A stretch of 64,000 nucleotides of DNA from Rhizophagus irregularis (taxonomy: Eukaryota): NCBI RefSeq assembly GCF_026210795.1, contig NC_089429.1:4588001-4652000 (forward strand). The letters run 5' to 3'. Numbering within the stretch: the first letter of the stretch is position 1; each line of letters opens with the position of its first letter. Below are positions 1 through 13,980 of this stretch, one piece after another. Under the pieces are notes generated by a model that searched no databases, had not been told where the DNA came from, and saw nothing but the letters and a program-made list of their open reading frames with translations. Both the position numbers and the translations under genes were made by a program.

Positions 1-660
1 CAAGTATTAACTGTACCTTCATGTAAACTAATATTCAAACAGATTATAACTCGCTGAACAACTTTCAATTAATATAAGAAGTCGATTTACTTTGACTAAA
101 GTGCTCAAAATACGCTCTGAAGTGACAAAATGGAAAAAATAAAATTCGTGAATGAGTACCGTTGTGAAAAACGTGAATAACTCTTCAAATATTAACTGTA
201 CCTTCATGAAAACCAATATTCGAACAGATTATTACTCGCTGAACAACTTTCAATTAATATAAGAAGTCGATTTACTTTGACTAAAGTGCCGAAAATACGC
301 TCTAAAGTAATAAAACAGAAAAAATAAAATTCCATTGTGAAAAACGTGAATAACCCTTCAAGTATTAACTGTACCTTCATGAAAATTAATATCCAAGCAG
401 ATTTTGACCCGCCAAAAAACTTTCAATTAATATAAGAAGTCGATTTACTTTGACTAAACTGCCCAAAATACGCTCTGAAGGTAAAAAAAATTTGTAACTT
501 AGTACTATCATGTAAAAATGTAAATAACTCCAAAAATATTAACTGTGCTTTCATGTAGATTAATATCTTAACAGCTTCAAACTTGCTGAACTACTTTTAA
601 TTAAAGAGCAAGATTTACTTTGGCCAAAATGCTCAAACCATAATTTGAAATATGTGTAAA
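1..660. repeat. Tandem repeat, about 4 diverged units of 173-185 bp (truncated by window start)
   Basis: Unit start 'caa(g/a)tattaactgtaccttcatg' recurs at about 1, 186, 359 and 533, with shared core 'actttcaattaatataagaagtcgatttactttgactaaa'; the last unit is degenerate. Confidence 0.9.
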
Positions 661-1471
661 CAAACTATAATATTTGTTTATATTTAAATTCTGAGTTATT
701 TAATTTAAATATGTTTGTGTTTATATTTAAGGAAAAAAAATAAAATTTTACTTCTATTTTATTAGGTTTTTGTAAATGAAAAGACAAAAAAATAATCAGC
801 TGAAAAAATAAAAAAATTCTTTGTTAATAACCGTAATACATGATCACATGTTGCAATATTAAAATCGGAAATCCTATATTTAAATTGGTAATACGTATTA
901 CATATATGACCGATAGGCCAAATTATATCTCCTGCTATTACAATTGTAAAATAATATTAAAATTATGAATAAATTAAAAGTTTTTCTAATTTGAAAAATG
1001 CAAATCTTTCTGAATTACTCAAATTTTCAAATCTGTTTATTATAGTATAATCAATAGTTAATTTTCACTGCAAAATCTCCTAGGAATGGATAAATAAATA
1101 CATATAAAATTTACTACCCAGTAAGGTTTTTTTGGATGGTTCTAACCTCTACTTATTATTTATTTTATTTATTTTATTTTTTTTATAGAGAGAAATTGTC
1201 ATAATACATGTATTATTTTAAAATTAACATTTTAAAAATTAAATTGAAAAACTATAATTTATTAATTAACAATAAAATGTTTTTTGTTAAAATTATTTAA
1301 AAATTTTTTAAATTATAGCGAAAATGCTACAACAGTAAATAATATTATAATAGCGAAATTGATCAGCAAACAAATGAAAACATGCAAATATTGAATGATG
1401 TCTCAATTTAACAGGTATTTTCAGTGGCACAGGAAGAGTTTTTGCGAAAAGTTGGCATTAGAAGTTTTTTT

Positions 1472-1560
1472 CATTGACATTGACATTGACATTGACATTG
1501 ACATTGACATTGACATTGACATTGACATTGTCACTGACATTGACATTGTCATTGTCATTT
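1472..1560. repeat. (GACATT)n hexanucleotide microsatellite
   Basis: Direct run cattgacattgacatt..., with variant units toward the right end. Confidence 0.95.
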
Positions 1561-2405
1561 ACATATAAAGTTATATAAGATTAATTTGAGAGTTTTTTAC
1601 CAAAAAGGAAATTTTTTTATAAAAAGAGAAATGATTTTCAATTTCGAGGCAATTCAGCAGGTGTTTTAATAACAAATTGAGAAATGATTTCCATAGAAAA
1701 TCTCGTGACAAAATTTATAATAAATTTAAAAATAAATGATCAACAAATGATCAACAAAATTGTTACTAGTTTTATAAAAAACGCCCAATAATATCTTTTT
1801 ATTGTTTTAACATCGAAAGTGTGATATTCTTGCGTCCGATCTATTTTTTTTTTTTTAAACAGTAACGCGTTTATTATTTATTTATCATAAAAAATGATTA
1901 CGTAAAAATCATAAGCACCTAAAAAAGACATACTTCCCTCTATAACTGAGTTTAATCAAATCTAAAATTAACTATATGATAAATTTAAAAATAAAAATTT
2001 GTTAATTTTAAAATCTATCTGTTGTGTAGAAGCGCTACTAATCTAATAATATTTTTTAAAAAGTTTTCTCTCTTTTTTTTTTTGACTTTTTTAATTTTCC
2101 TATGTTTTCTTATTTTCTCAAATTTTCTCTGAACTAAATCGTTAAAATATTGACTTCAAGAAAAATTAGACCCTAAACAATTATACTTTCCTAAAAAAAA
2201 ATTGATCTAAGCTAAAAAATAAAATAAAATAAAATAAAATAAAATAAAGAAATTAAAACATTAAGAAAAAAAATCCGTAAATCTACGCTCTTGATGGAAA
2301 TGTATCCCGAAATTCCATATCGTTCGCATTAATCTTCAACCAGATCCAAGCGCAAATCCAAGAACATTGATCTTAAATTTGTTTAATTAAAAAGGACAAA
2401 TTTGT

Positions 2406-2995
2406 TTAACATTCGCTGTCGGAATCTTCTTTTCGTCCTTGCGTTGTCACTGCGCATTTTTTATTTTTATTAAAATTGTCTCTCTCTTTACTCGTCGTTC
2501 CTTCTTTGTTTGATAACTCTTTCTTCTTTTCCAAATTATCCAGACGTTCACTAAATTTATTGTTCAAATCGTCAAGTTCTTCATGTTCTTCTTTACTTCT
2601 GGGTATCGTGGAAAGTGGACTTGATAGTGCATCTAGAAATTTTTCACCATTAGATATTGTATGTGTAGGTACACTAAATTTATTGTTTTTCTTGAAAACT
2701 CCATCCTTTCCAATTAATTCGTCTTGCCCTTTCATTTGAAGTCCTATCCCTAGATCTTCTTCCATTGTGGATTTATAAATTGCTTGTAATAAATCATTTT
2801 CGTTGTTGAAATATATCAAAATATATTTAATCTTGTTAATTTTGATAATTTTAGCAAAGTAACTACCATGTTTTTAATGTATTCTTTCACTAGTATAAAA
2901 TCATTCTTTCCATTTTCCTTTTCATCTAATTTTCTAAATGCTTGCCACGCATATTTTTCTTTAATTTTCTTTACTTCCATTTTCGCGTTAAACAT
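2406..2995 (-). pseudogene. Frameshifted ORF remnant, possibly LINE ORF1-like or other TE-derived
   Basis: MFNAKMEVKKIKEKYAWQAF... shifts frame near 2870 into KHGSYFAKIIKINKIKYILIYFNNENDLLQAIYKSTMEEDLG (ORF 2406..2819). Family assignment is from recollection only. Confidence 0.35.
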
Positions 2996-4739
2996 CCTAA
3001 AAAAATAAGTTCGTTAATTTTTTGATACTGCTATATTTGAACCGCCTTTTAAGAAAATTTCTTCCATTTCTTTTATTAGACGCGTCCGATCTATTTCGTA
3101 TTTATCATATCATAATTAAGGAAATTTGATTGACCTTCCTGACTACGATAACCAATCTTTAAACTAATACATTTCCGGTTAATTAAAATTTTAACTGGAT
3201 TTTTTTTATTCTGATGGATTAATACTAAAAAAAAAGTATAATTTTTCATATTAATTTCATTTTATTTGCAGTCATTTCTGCTCTCTTAATTACCACGACT
3301 CTATAATAATGATTTTTTTTTTTATTTTTCGGTTTTTACTGTAAAGACTGAAACTTAATATTTCATGTAAATATTTTCGTGTATTATTTTATGATTTTGT
3401 GAAACATTATTTACCTTTTTAGTCTTTTTTATTTATTTTTTCTTTCGAGAATTTATCAAATTTTTGGATTTTTTTTAACCAAAAAATATTGTTTATTCTT
3501 TTTTGGTTTGGATCAAGACTATAATCAAATTAGAACTATGTCCTACGGCTTTTTCGATGTTTAATAAGATTTTTTTTTAGTCGATGATATTGTTTCTGAC
3601 TAATAAATTCACATGAAAATTTTTTTAGTGAGAATTTTTTTGATTTAGTGAGAACTTTTTTTGTTATTGAGATTGTTTTTTTTCAATATTATTTCCCAAC
3701 TAATAAATTTGCGTGAAATTTTTTTTTGATATTAACGAATTTTTTCAATGAGATTATATAGATACATAACAATATTAATAATTTTGTAATTAAATCTATA
3801 ATAAATTTTTTAATAAATCTATATAACTAAAAAAATTTGTCTGACGTTTGGGCATAACAGATAAATAATTTATCCCATGCCATATGATTAAAACCCGTGT
3901 CATGCCTCCTCTGATCTATTTATGGTCAAAACTATTCAACTAATCCAATTTCAGTTAGGTTCCTTCTTTTTTTCAAACCGAAAAATTTGTTTTTTCTCAT
4001 TCTTTTCCCATTTAGGTTTAATTTTTTTTCTCAAACTGAAATTAATAATCCCGATTTTTTTTTTATATTATTTTTTTTCGATCTTTTTTTTTTAGACCGT
4101 AGTTATTTTTTTAAAAAATTTTTTTTTCTTCACTCTTTTTGGACCGAATTATTTTCGGGTACTTATTTTTTTTTCAGATTCCTTTTTTTTCAGCAATTTC
4201 CCTTTTAAACCGATTTCTTTCTTTATCCTTTTTCTTTTCCCAATTTTTTTTTAATTTTTTTTTAAAAGAAATAAAATATTTATTAAATATATTTACAAAA
4301 TTATTATTTTTAAAAAAAAATCAATATAACATGTAGGAAAATTGACTGACGTTGATAGAAAGATAATTAAGATTTTTTCAATTAAATTGAACGCTGGATA
4401 AATATTTTGATTTTCAAATTCATAAAAATCAAAAAAAAAATTGATATTTTTACAATATTTTTATAATTAATTAATTGAAAAAATTGTTAATTTAATAATA
4501 GATTATTATAACCAAATCCATATCTGAAATCCTCTAAATAATCACCAGATTTTTTGAATAAAAATTTTAATTCAAATGGTTTAATTAAATAAATAACTTA
4601 TCGAGTAAAATGAGTATCAAAAGAATAATAATAAGTGAAATGAACAGATTCTAATACATTTAATTATTCAAATATTTTTAATAAGTTTGTTATAAGTTTA
4701 AGATTGACGTAATATAAAATAATAAGAATTAACAATAGT

Positions 4740-4924
4740 TGATACTATACAAAATAACTATTATACAAACTGGTGATATTGATGGTAAGTAAACTATTAT
4801 TTATTTATTAAAAATTTTTTAGATAATAAATAATTGTATATTATTTTTGTTTCGTAGATGATGATGAATATAATAATCCAAATCTTCATTCAGAAGAACA
4901 AGAAGAATTTGAAATTCCTGATGG
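4740..4924 (+). pseudogene. Orphan 3' exons of a Glomeromycota TKL kinase-like gene
   Basis: Intron 4785-4857 (GTAAGT...TAG) followed by an exon encoding DDDEYNNPNLHSEEQEEFEIPD, a tail typical of Rhizophagus expanded kinases. No intact upstream ORF. Confidence 0.55.
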
Positions 4925-7900
4925 TTCGTTTATTTTACAAAAATTATACTTAATGCATATAATAGTATGATTTCTTCTTTTTACATATGGGACTAAACCA
5001 ATAATAATAATACTCTAAGTTTATCTTTGAATATAAAAAATAACCTAAAAATTCAGTAAATTGTAACTTTATTTAATTTAATGTCTAAATACAATCTAAC
5101 GAATCATTGTTGATAATTATACCTGTTTTCCTGTTTTAAAAAATCTTTTTTTTCTTATATCAAATTATAAATACATATGATTCACTAAATAATTTTAATA
5201 TTTGAAATTAAAAAAATAAATCTTAATAGATACTATGTAAAATTATATTAAACGTTTTAATCGGTAGGCATTATTTATGTGGTTGTTCGCGTTTTGCTTA
5301 ATCTATTTTTATAATAGTCTTAATTTTATCATATCTTAATTTATCTAAAGTAAAAATAGTTTAATTAACGGAAATAAGGTTAAAATTTCGTATGAATATT
5401 GGAACATTTTTTTTATACTAAAATTATTTGGAGCTTTATATCAAGCAAAATTTCAGTTTATATCATTTTAATGATATCCTATAATCGGAAGCAATGGCAT
5501 AAAAAAAGACAATATTCTAAATATTCTAAGACGCTCTGAATACTTAATTTGTTAAAGTATGTGTAACAACAAAATAATTATCGAAAATTATTAGATTTTA
5601 TAGAGATAGAAACAAACAATGATAAATAATTAAAAATAATTTGTAAATTACCCATATTTTCATAATAACCAACTATACTATTTGAATTATTTATAAAATA
5701 ATTTTTGTACTGTTTGTATTATTAAAGTATTTTTAAGTTTTAACCCATTTTTTGTACTATTAGAATACCAATTTTTCTTTAGATAAATATCGTAATAATT
5801 TAGTTTAAAGAATTATTATTTAGTTTGCATTGATTTTCAAGAGTAGTAGTAAGACAAAAAGACACATTTTTACATTAATAAAATTTGAAATATATGATTC
5901 ATATGATAAATTTTCAATGCATCATTAAATGGCTGATGCATTATTGATAATCTTACTAAACATAATAGAATGAGAAGAATTAAGTGAAAGAAATTGTTCG
6001 CTTTATTTTAAATTTACAGTATGTAGTCATTATTCTAATGAACAACTTTTCAAATGTACTAATGTTCAGAATTTTATAGATAATGGCAATCTTAAACTAA
6101 GACTTTAAATAGATTTTTTAATATTGTATATTTATCGTTATTTATACTTTGAAGTTTGAGCAATTTACTATAATTTACTAATTTTATTATCTGTTATTAA
6201 AAATTATTAGTTAAACAAGGAAACTAAATAATTTATAAAAAAATAACTAGTACCAGTATTTAAGCTTATTGTAAGTCTATACTCTATCGCTATCATTACT
6301 TATGTTAATATTACTTAGAAATATTCAGTTTTAAAAAGGTGCACCACTCATTAAGTAAATAAATTCTATATTCAACTATCACTTCCAAAATGAAGTGAAA
6401 CATCTTTTATATCAGTTATAAATGGACAAAAACTTTTTTTACAATTACTTCATTATTAAAACCTGTAATTACTTCTTACCCATTACAATTCCAATCGTTG
6501 AATTGACACAATTAATTGACTAAACTAACTGCTGTAATCTATAACAACGTTTCCGTTCAAATAGTTTGCTTTTAAGTGAAAGAGGTTAGCTTAACATTTT
6601 TCTTAAGAAATAGAGGAAGGTTAACCTTGCTAAAATTGCAGTATTAATCTGAAAGATTTTAATTATATCTCTAAGACGAATAAGAATCGTTAGACAGCGC
6701 TAAGAATATTGAATTTTCTCTGTACCTCATAATAATCGTAACAATCGTATTTACGTGATCTTTATGACTAATATGAGTAAAGAAAGTCTATTTTTCGCAA
6801 AAGTAACTACAGTATATCGTGATATCAGAAGATCGAAAAAAAATTTTGAACAAATATTGAGCCTCGAATATTTACTTGATAAAGCACAGAGGCAGTATTC
6901 ATTCAAATAAAAAATATAGTAGTTTATTATTAAATTATTAAAATGTTGTAAATATTTATTAATTTTCTATTTATCTTCTTCTCAAACGTAAAATTGTTAT
7001 AAATTCGTAAAAGTAACATCAAATTACTTACTTTAAAACTAAGAAATTATCAAAAATATTATACAAGGTTAGTAGCTATAACATTATTACCTAACTATTT
7101 TTGTTAATCCATTAAAATTTCAAAATAAAAGTGTTTCGATTAACTAAAAATCATATAATATGACGCCAGAATAAAAAGAATATTGAGAAATCGATTTTAC
7201 AGATTTTTTTTTCTCACAAGTCTCACGATCTTATCAATAATTATTATATTAGTTGAACAAAGCATTCAGAGGGTCACACATGCATTTTGCAATTATATTT
7301 ACCGGTACATTACCTTTTTAGAATAATCATGGATCGTAACGATAAACTGAAGGTAAATAGCGTATTTAATACAAATTAGAATTGTTCACAGTTGTAAAAA
7401 TTTAAATTAGAATTGCTACCACTTCATCCTTAGAATCATTTTACAATCCAAAATCTGAAGAAAATTTTTGTTTTTTATTAACTCCTTCGAATATATAACA
7501 ACAATGTCATTTATATTTTTTCTTTTCTGAATTTCTTTTATTTATTTCTCCATATATAATTTATATATTTACTTATAAATCTCTTTTCATTCAATAAAAC
7601 ATAGTACGTTTGTTAATCACATATACATTATTCGTTCTTAAAATTATCATATAAATTATTCTATTCTCACCACGTAATAAGAACGAAAGTAACATCAATA
7701 ATCATTCATTTCGTAAATGATCTTAACGATAAATGTTAAACGATCATGAATTCTTGATCCTTGAACCGAAAAAAATGGTCGTATTTGAAAAATCTATGGC
7801 ATACAAAGACACACAGAAATACGTTTATTTTATCATTATTTAAAGTGACTAATTTAATTTAATTTGTTTTTATAGAGGAAAGTACGCTTAAAATAAAACT

Positions 7901-8097
7901 TGCTAGTTTAAATGTCATATAATCACTAAAAAGAAGACCGGCATCAGCTTATTTAAAAATGATTCCTAAAATACATTTTTATTTTGCAATTTATTTTGTG
8001 TCTATTCGTATAAAATCGATTTGTGTTTGATTGTTCCATAAGAAAAGCTTTAATTTTTAATTCTTAGAATTATTGATCAATTTAACCCCATCACCGT

Positions 8098-8400
8098 TCA
8101 GTAATTACGATCTCTTATAGGAGAAATAGTATTACTCTTTTCTGCTGCATTATTAAAAGAAAATATAAAACTATCCGTACAATCCGTACAATTGATGAAT
8201 CTTTGTCCTTTATTACTTTTCCACGTTGCAGGATTATAACCACCAATAATTTGTCTTGAACCAGATATTCTCATTACTTCAATAGTTGGACCTTTATCAA
8301 CACATTTTGAGTGAAAAATTACTGGATCAAATCCATCTTGACTTCCACGTAATAATAATCGAGATTCATAAGGAATTTCGTCAAATCTATAATAATTTTG
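8098..8400 (-). pseudogene. TLDc-domain gene fragment
   Basis: Manual minus-strand translation: IPYESRLLLRGSQDGFDPVIFHSKCVDKGPTIEVMRISGSRQIIGGYNPATW...DSFIFSF, the hallmark TLDc motifs. No start or N-terminal domain; early stop at 8098; in-frame 9-bp duplication ccgtacaat. Confidence 0.85.
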
Positions 8401-9226
8401 TTTTCTTTATACAATTTACTTTAAGAGTATCCAATACATATGAAGGTATAAGTAAATTATCGACTGATTAATTATAATTATGTATGCACAAGATGAATTT
8501 ATGATACGTAAAAGTATGAAATATTGGAGAATTAATAAATTTGTTAGTTCAAATCAGGTATTCTGTATTTATGCACTAATTTGTCACATGGTCAATTTCA
8601 CAATACTGGTCAAATGTGGTCACATTGTTATAACGATATATTACTTTATATATTTAATTTATCATGCCTTATTTATTACACCATTATCATATTCGTTCAA
8701 ATTAGGAGATATGAAATAAATATTACATAATAATAAAGGAAATCTTTTTTATTTTTAATATATATAAAAGAAGTTACAGAATTTTAAATGTATTTAAATA
8801 TCTATGTTAATAAAAAGATAAAAGTTTATTGTTCATAAGGCTAATTATGATATTTATTTTATTTTTCACTACTTAATCAGTACAATTATTACTGTTGCTA
8901 CAATCTACACCTTGGTCCTACTTTAAACAGCTTCAAAACTCATTAACCAGTGAGCAGTAATTATATAAATATCCAAGATATATATAATATATTTCATCCC
9001 TTGACCTCTCAGTAATTAATAAAGATTATTAATTTTTAATTGCAAATTCCAAATACTCATTTGAAACTTTTATTTTAAAATTTATAAAGAAGACCCCACC
9101 TATTTCTAATAAAGGTTACCATAAAATTTCAACTTTATACATAAATTTATCTTACTTTTTATTGTAATTCTATTGGTAATTAATCCAAAAAGGAAAAAAA
9201 TCAAAATAACGCATTTTCTAATATAT

Positions 9227-12200
9227 TTATATATGAGAATATTCATCATCAGACTCTTGAACAAAATATTCAGTAGTAAGTTCGCGACTTATAGAATATT
9301 CTTGTGAATGAGATTGTGTAATAGGAGTAGTATTTACTGGCTCTTGTTCTAAATTAGCTTTGTTTGCTTTTACAAATTCCATCATATCATTTTCCAATTG
9401 TTGATCATCAAATTTGGGCATAACATTATAATTTTCATCCTTGTTTACTCTATAATATTCATCAATACAATAAATCCATTGAGATATAATATTTTCAAGC
9501 ATTATTACAGTTGGTCTATTAGAAGGATCTTCATCCCAACATTTTTTCATTAAATCTATATAGCATTTTGGAGTATTTTCCATAATTTTAGGACGTTTCC
9601 CTTCACAAATACTTATGGCATCACACTCTTCATACATAAATGGAGGATTACCTGATGTAAATCCCCACATAATCATTGAAAAACTATAAATATCACTCGC
9701 TAGTGTATATGATGGATTTTTCCCTAATATTTCAGGCGCCATATAAGGCAAAACTCCATAAATTTCATTATCATTATCAGGATCTTGTAAATCACTTATA
9801 GGTCTACATAATCCTAAATCAATAATAAATAACTCATTATAATTATCTGAAATTAATATATTACCATCATGAAAATCACCATGAGCTAAATTTGATTCAT
9901 GAATTACTTTAAGTCCTAATATAATTTTTATCAATAATTGCAACTTTTCTTGCCACTTAAATTTAACTATCTCAGATAAGCATTTTTTCAAATTTCCCTT
10001 CTTTGCATAACTCATTATTACTAGATAATTTAAATTATTTGGATCTTGAGTAAATCCAAAGAATTGAATAAATTTCGAAAATGATTTTTTCTGACAATTA
10101 TAATGATATTTCCACTATACAAATAATAAAAAAAAATTATTAAATTTTTTTAAAAGTAAATAAAATTTGCTTATTGAATTATATGTAAATACTATACCTC
10201 ATCCAGAAATTTATCATTTAAATTTGATGAATTATCAAGCACTTTAAGAACGACCTCATATTCCATTTGTCTATTCCATTGTTGTTTTTTAAAATTCCAA
10301 CTATAAATAGGTCCATCTGACCAAATAGCTTTATGAATTTCACTAAATCCACCTTTATCATGATAATTAATACTTGAAAGTTTATTATAAGGTATCCACT
10401 CTAAAATTTCATAACTATTTTTAGCATTTAGCTGTGCTTCTTGAATAAATTTATCAATAAATTCATTTTTACTAGTCCACTTTGAAAAATTCCTTTTTAA
10501 TCGTTTAGTATTACATTTTTGACACCATTGGTAATTACTATATGGTCGTCTGCATTCATTACATAATTCATTCTTATTTTTAAAACTTACACCATCACTT
10601 TCTGCTGCTTTTTGATGCCAATAAAGGGCTTTTTCTAAATTCCTTTCTGTTCCTTTCCCATCTTTGTAATATATAGATAAACTATTCATTGCTTCTTTGA
10701 CACCATTCTCTGCTGCTTTTTGATACCAATATAAGGCTTGTTTAAAATTTTTTTTTATTCCTTTTCCATTTTCGTAACATCTGCCTAATAACCACATTGC
10801 ACCAATGTGACCATTTTCTGTTGCTTTTTGATACCAATGAAAGGCTTTTTCTAAATTCTTTTTTGTTCCTACTCCAAGTTCATAACATAAGGCTAAACTA
10901 AAAATTGCTTCTTCTTGACCATTTTCGGCTGCTTTATGATACCAACAAAAGGCTTTTTTTAAATTCTCTTCTGTTCCTTTGCCAAATTCATAACATATGG
11001 CTAAGTCAAACATTGCACTAGTCTGATCATTTTCTGCTGCTTTTTGATACCAATGAAAAGCTTTTTCTAAATTCTTTTCTGTCCCTTCTCCATCTTTATA
11101 TTTATTGGCTAAATTAACCATTGCTACCTTATCACCATTTTCTGCTCCTTTTTGATACCAATAAACGGCATTCTCTAAATTCTTTTCTATTCCTTCTCCA
11201 CTTTCAAAACATATGGCTATTTGATTTATAGCTTCTTTACGACCATTTTCTGCTGCTTTATGATACCAATAAAAGGCTTTTTCTAAATTCTTTTCTATTC
11301 CTTCTCCATTTTTATATTTATTGGCTAAATTAAACATTGCTTCTTCATCACCATTTTCTGCTCCTTTTTGACACCAATAAAAAGCTTTTTTAAAATCCTT
11401 ATTTGTTCCTTCTCCATTATAATAATATAGAGATAAATTATACATTGCGTTTTTATCATTCATTTCTGCTGCTATTTCATACCAAATAAAAGCTTTTCTT
11501 AAATCCTTTTCTGTTCCTTCTCCATAATAATAATTATATGCTAAATTAAACATTGCTTCATTATCACCTTTTTCCATTGCTTTTTGATACCAATAAAAGG
11601 CTTTTTCTAAATCCTTTTCTGTTCCTTCTCCATTTTTATAATAAATAGCTAAATTCCACATTGCATGAATATAATTATTTTCTGATGCCTTTTGATACCA
11701 ATGAAAGGCTTTTTCTAAATTCTTTTCTATTCCTTCTCCATTTTCATAATGTGTAGCTAAACAAAACATTGCTTCTTCATTATCATTTTCTGCTGCTTTT
11801 TGAATCCAATAAAAGGCTTTTTCTAAATCCTTTTCTGTTCCCATTCCATTACGATAGCAAAATGCTAAAACAATCATTGCTTTAATATGATCAATTTCTG
11901 CTGCTTTTTGATACCAATGAAAGGCTTTTTCTAAATTCTTTTCAATTCCTTCTCCATTATAATAACATATGGCTAAATTATACATTGCATCATTATTACC
12001 ACTTTCTGCTGCTTTTTGATACCAATAAAAGGCAGTTTCTAAATTCTTTTTTGTTCCTTCTCCATTTTTATAACACACAGCTAAATTATGCATTGCATCA
12101 ATTTGCCCATTTTCTGCTGCTTTTTGATACCAATAAAAGGCTTTTTTAAAATTCCTTTTTGCTTCTTCTCCATTTCTATAATATGCAGCTAAATCAAACA

Positions 12201-13875
12201 TTGCTTTTTCATTCCCATTTTCTGCTGCTTTTTGACACCAATAAAAGGCTTTTTCTAAATCCTTTTCTGTTTCTATTCCAATTTCATAATGTATGGATAA
12301 CATATATATTGCATCAGTGCAACCATTTTCTGCTGCTTTTTGAAACCAATAAAAGGCTTTTTTAAAATTCTTTTTTGTTCCTTCTCCATTTTTATAACAC
12401 ATAGCTAAATTATACATTGCATCAGTACAACCATTTGCTGCTGCATTTTGAAACCAATAAAAGGTTTTTTTCAAATTCTTTTTTGTTCCTTCTCCATTTT
12501 TATAACACATAGCTAAATTATACATTGCAAGAGTATAGTTATTTTCTGCTGCTTTTTGATACCAATAAAAGGCTTTTTCTAAATTCTTTTTTATTCCTAA
12601 TCCATCATTATAACATATGGCTAAACTAAATATTGCATCTTCAAAATCATTTTCTGCTGCTTTTTTATACCAATTAAAGGCATTTTTTAAATTCTTTTTT
12701 GTTCCTTCTCCATTTTTATAACACACAGCTAAATTATGCATTGCATCAATTTGCCCATTTTCTGCTGCTTTTTGATACCAATAAAAGGCTTTTTCTAAAT
12801 CCTTTTCTGTTCCTTTTCCAGAATAATACTTATTGGCTAAATTAAACATTGCACCTATATAATCTTTCTCTGCTGCTTTTTTATACCAATAAAAGGCTTT
12901 TTCTAAATTCATTTCTATTCCTTCTCCATTTTCGTAATGCGCGGCTAAACTATTCATTGCATCTTCATAATCATTTTCTGCTGCTTTTTGATACCAATGA
13001 AAGGCTTTTCCTAAATCCTTTTCTGTTCCTTCTCCAAAATAATGCTTATTGGCTAAATTAAACATTGCACAAGTATGATTGTTTTCTGCTGCCTTTTGGT
13101 ACCAATAAATGGCTTTTTCTAAATCCTTTTTTGTTCCTTCTCCATCTTTATAATACATGGCTAAAATATTCATTGCATCTTCATCACCTTTTTCTGCTGC
13201 TTTTTGACACCAATGAAAGGCTTTTTTTAAATCCTTTTCTGTTCCTACTCCATCATGATAACATATGGCTAAATTAAGCATTGCATCAATAGAATCTTTC
13301 TCTGCTGCTTTTTGATACCAATGGAAGGCTTTTTCTAAATTCTCTTCTGTTCCTACTCCATTTTCATAATGCAAGGCTAAACTATTCATTGCTCCTTCAT
13401 CACCTTTTTCTGCTGCTTTTTGACACCAATGAAAGGCTTTTTCTAAATTCTTTTCTATTCCTTCTCCTTTTCCGTAACATATAGCTAAATTATTCATTGC
13501 TGCTTCATAACCATTTTCTGCTGCTTTTTGATACCAATGAAAGGCTTTTTCTAAATCTTTTTCTGTCCCTACTCCATTTTTATAACATTTGGCTAAATTA
13601 GTCATTGCTTTAATATGATCTTTCTCTGCTGCTTTTTGATACCAATGAAAGGCTTTTTCTAAATTCTTTTCTATTCCTTCTCCATCTTTATAACATATGG
13701 CTAAATTAAACATTCCTATTTCATCATTATTTTCTGCTAATTTTTCTAAAGAATTAATACATTCTTCACACCATAATTCTTTAGTAAAAGGTTTATTGCA
13801 ATATGAACAATTTTTTGTTCCTTTTGTATTGATATCTTTATCTGAGATATTTGGTTTACTAAGTTCGGTTTCCAT
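9227..13875 (-). CDS. Sel1-repeat (29x) tyrosine-kinase-like protein kinase, 2 exons (13875-10198, 10114-9227), about 1521 aa
   Basis: ORFs 10192..13875 and 9227..10015 join in frame via an 83-bp GT-AG intron 10197-10115 (FLDE|WKYHYNCQ). It has 29 perfect 36-aa Sel1 units and kinase motifs KGGFSEIHKA, VVLK, HGDFHDGN, DLG and YMAPE. Confidence 0.93.
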
Positions 13876-13980
13876 TGGTTATTTTAGAAATTTATTTTAT
13901 TGGAAAAAAAAATTTTTTATTAATTTTTTTTTAGGCGAACTTTTTATAAGTAATATTTTTTTTTTTGTAACATTAAAAGG

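Noticed and set aside
1..660. CRISPR array
   Set aside because: Whole units are homologous with no unique spacers; no cas genes; eukaryotic context.
1426..1560. Met-Ser repeat peptide on the minus strand
   Set aside because: A by-product of the hexamer microsatellite; no other coding evidence.
10590..13715. DGR-like adenine mutagenesis of Sel1 variable codons (many are NNT)
   Set aside because: Third-position T is expected from AT bias, exceptions such as TGG occur, there is no template repeat, and the only RT in the window is a dead LINE fragment.
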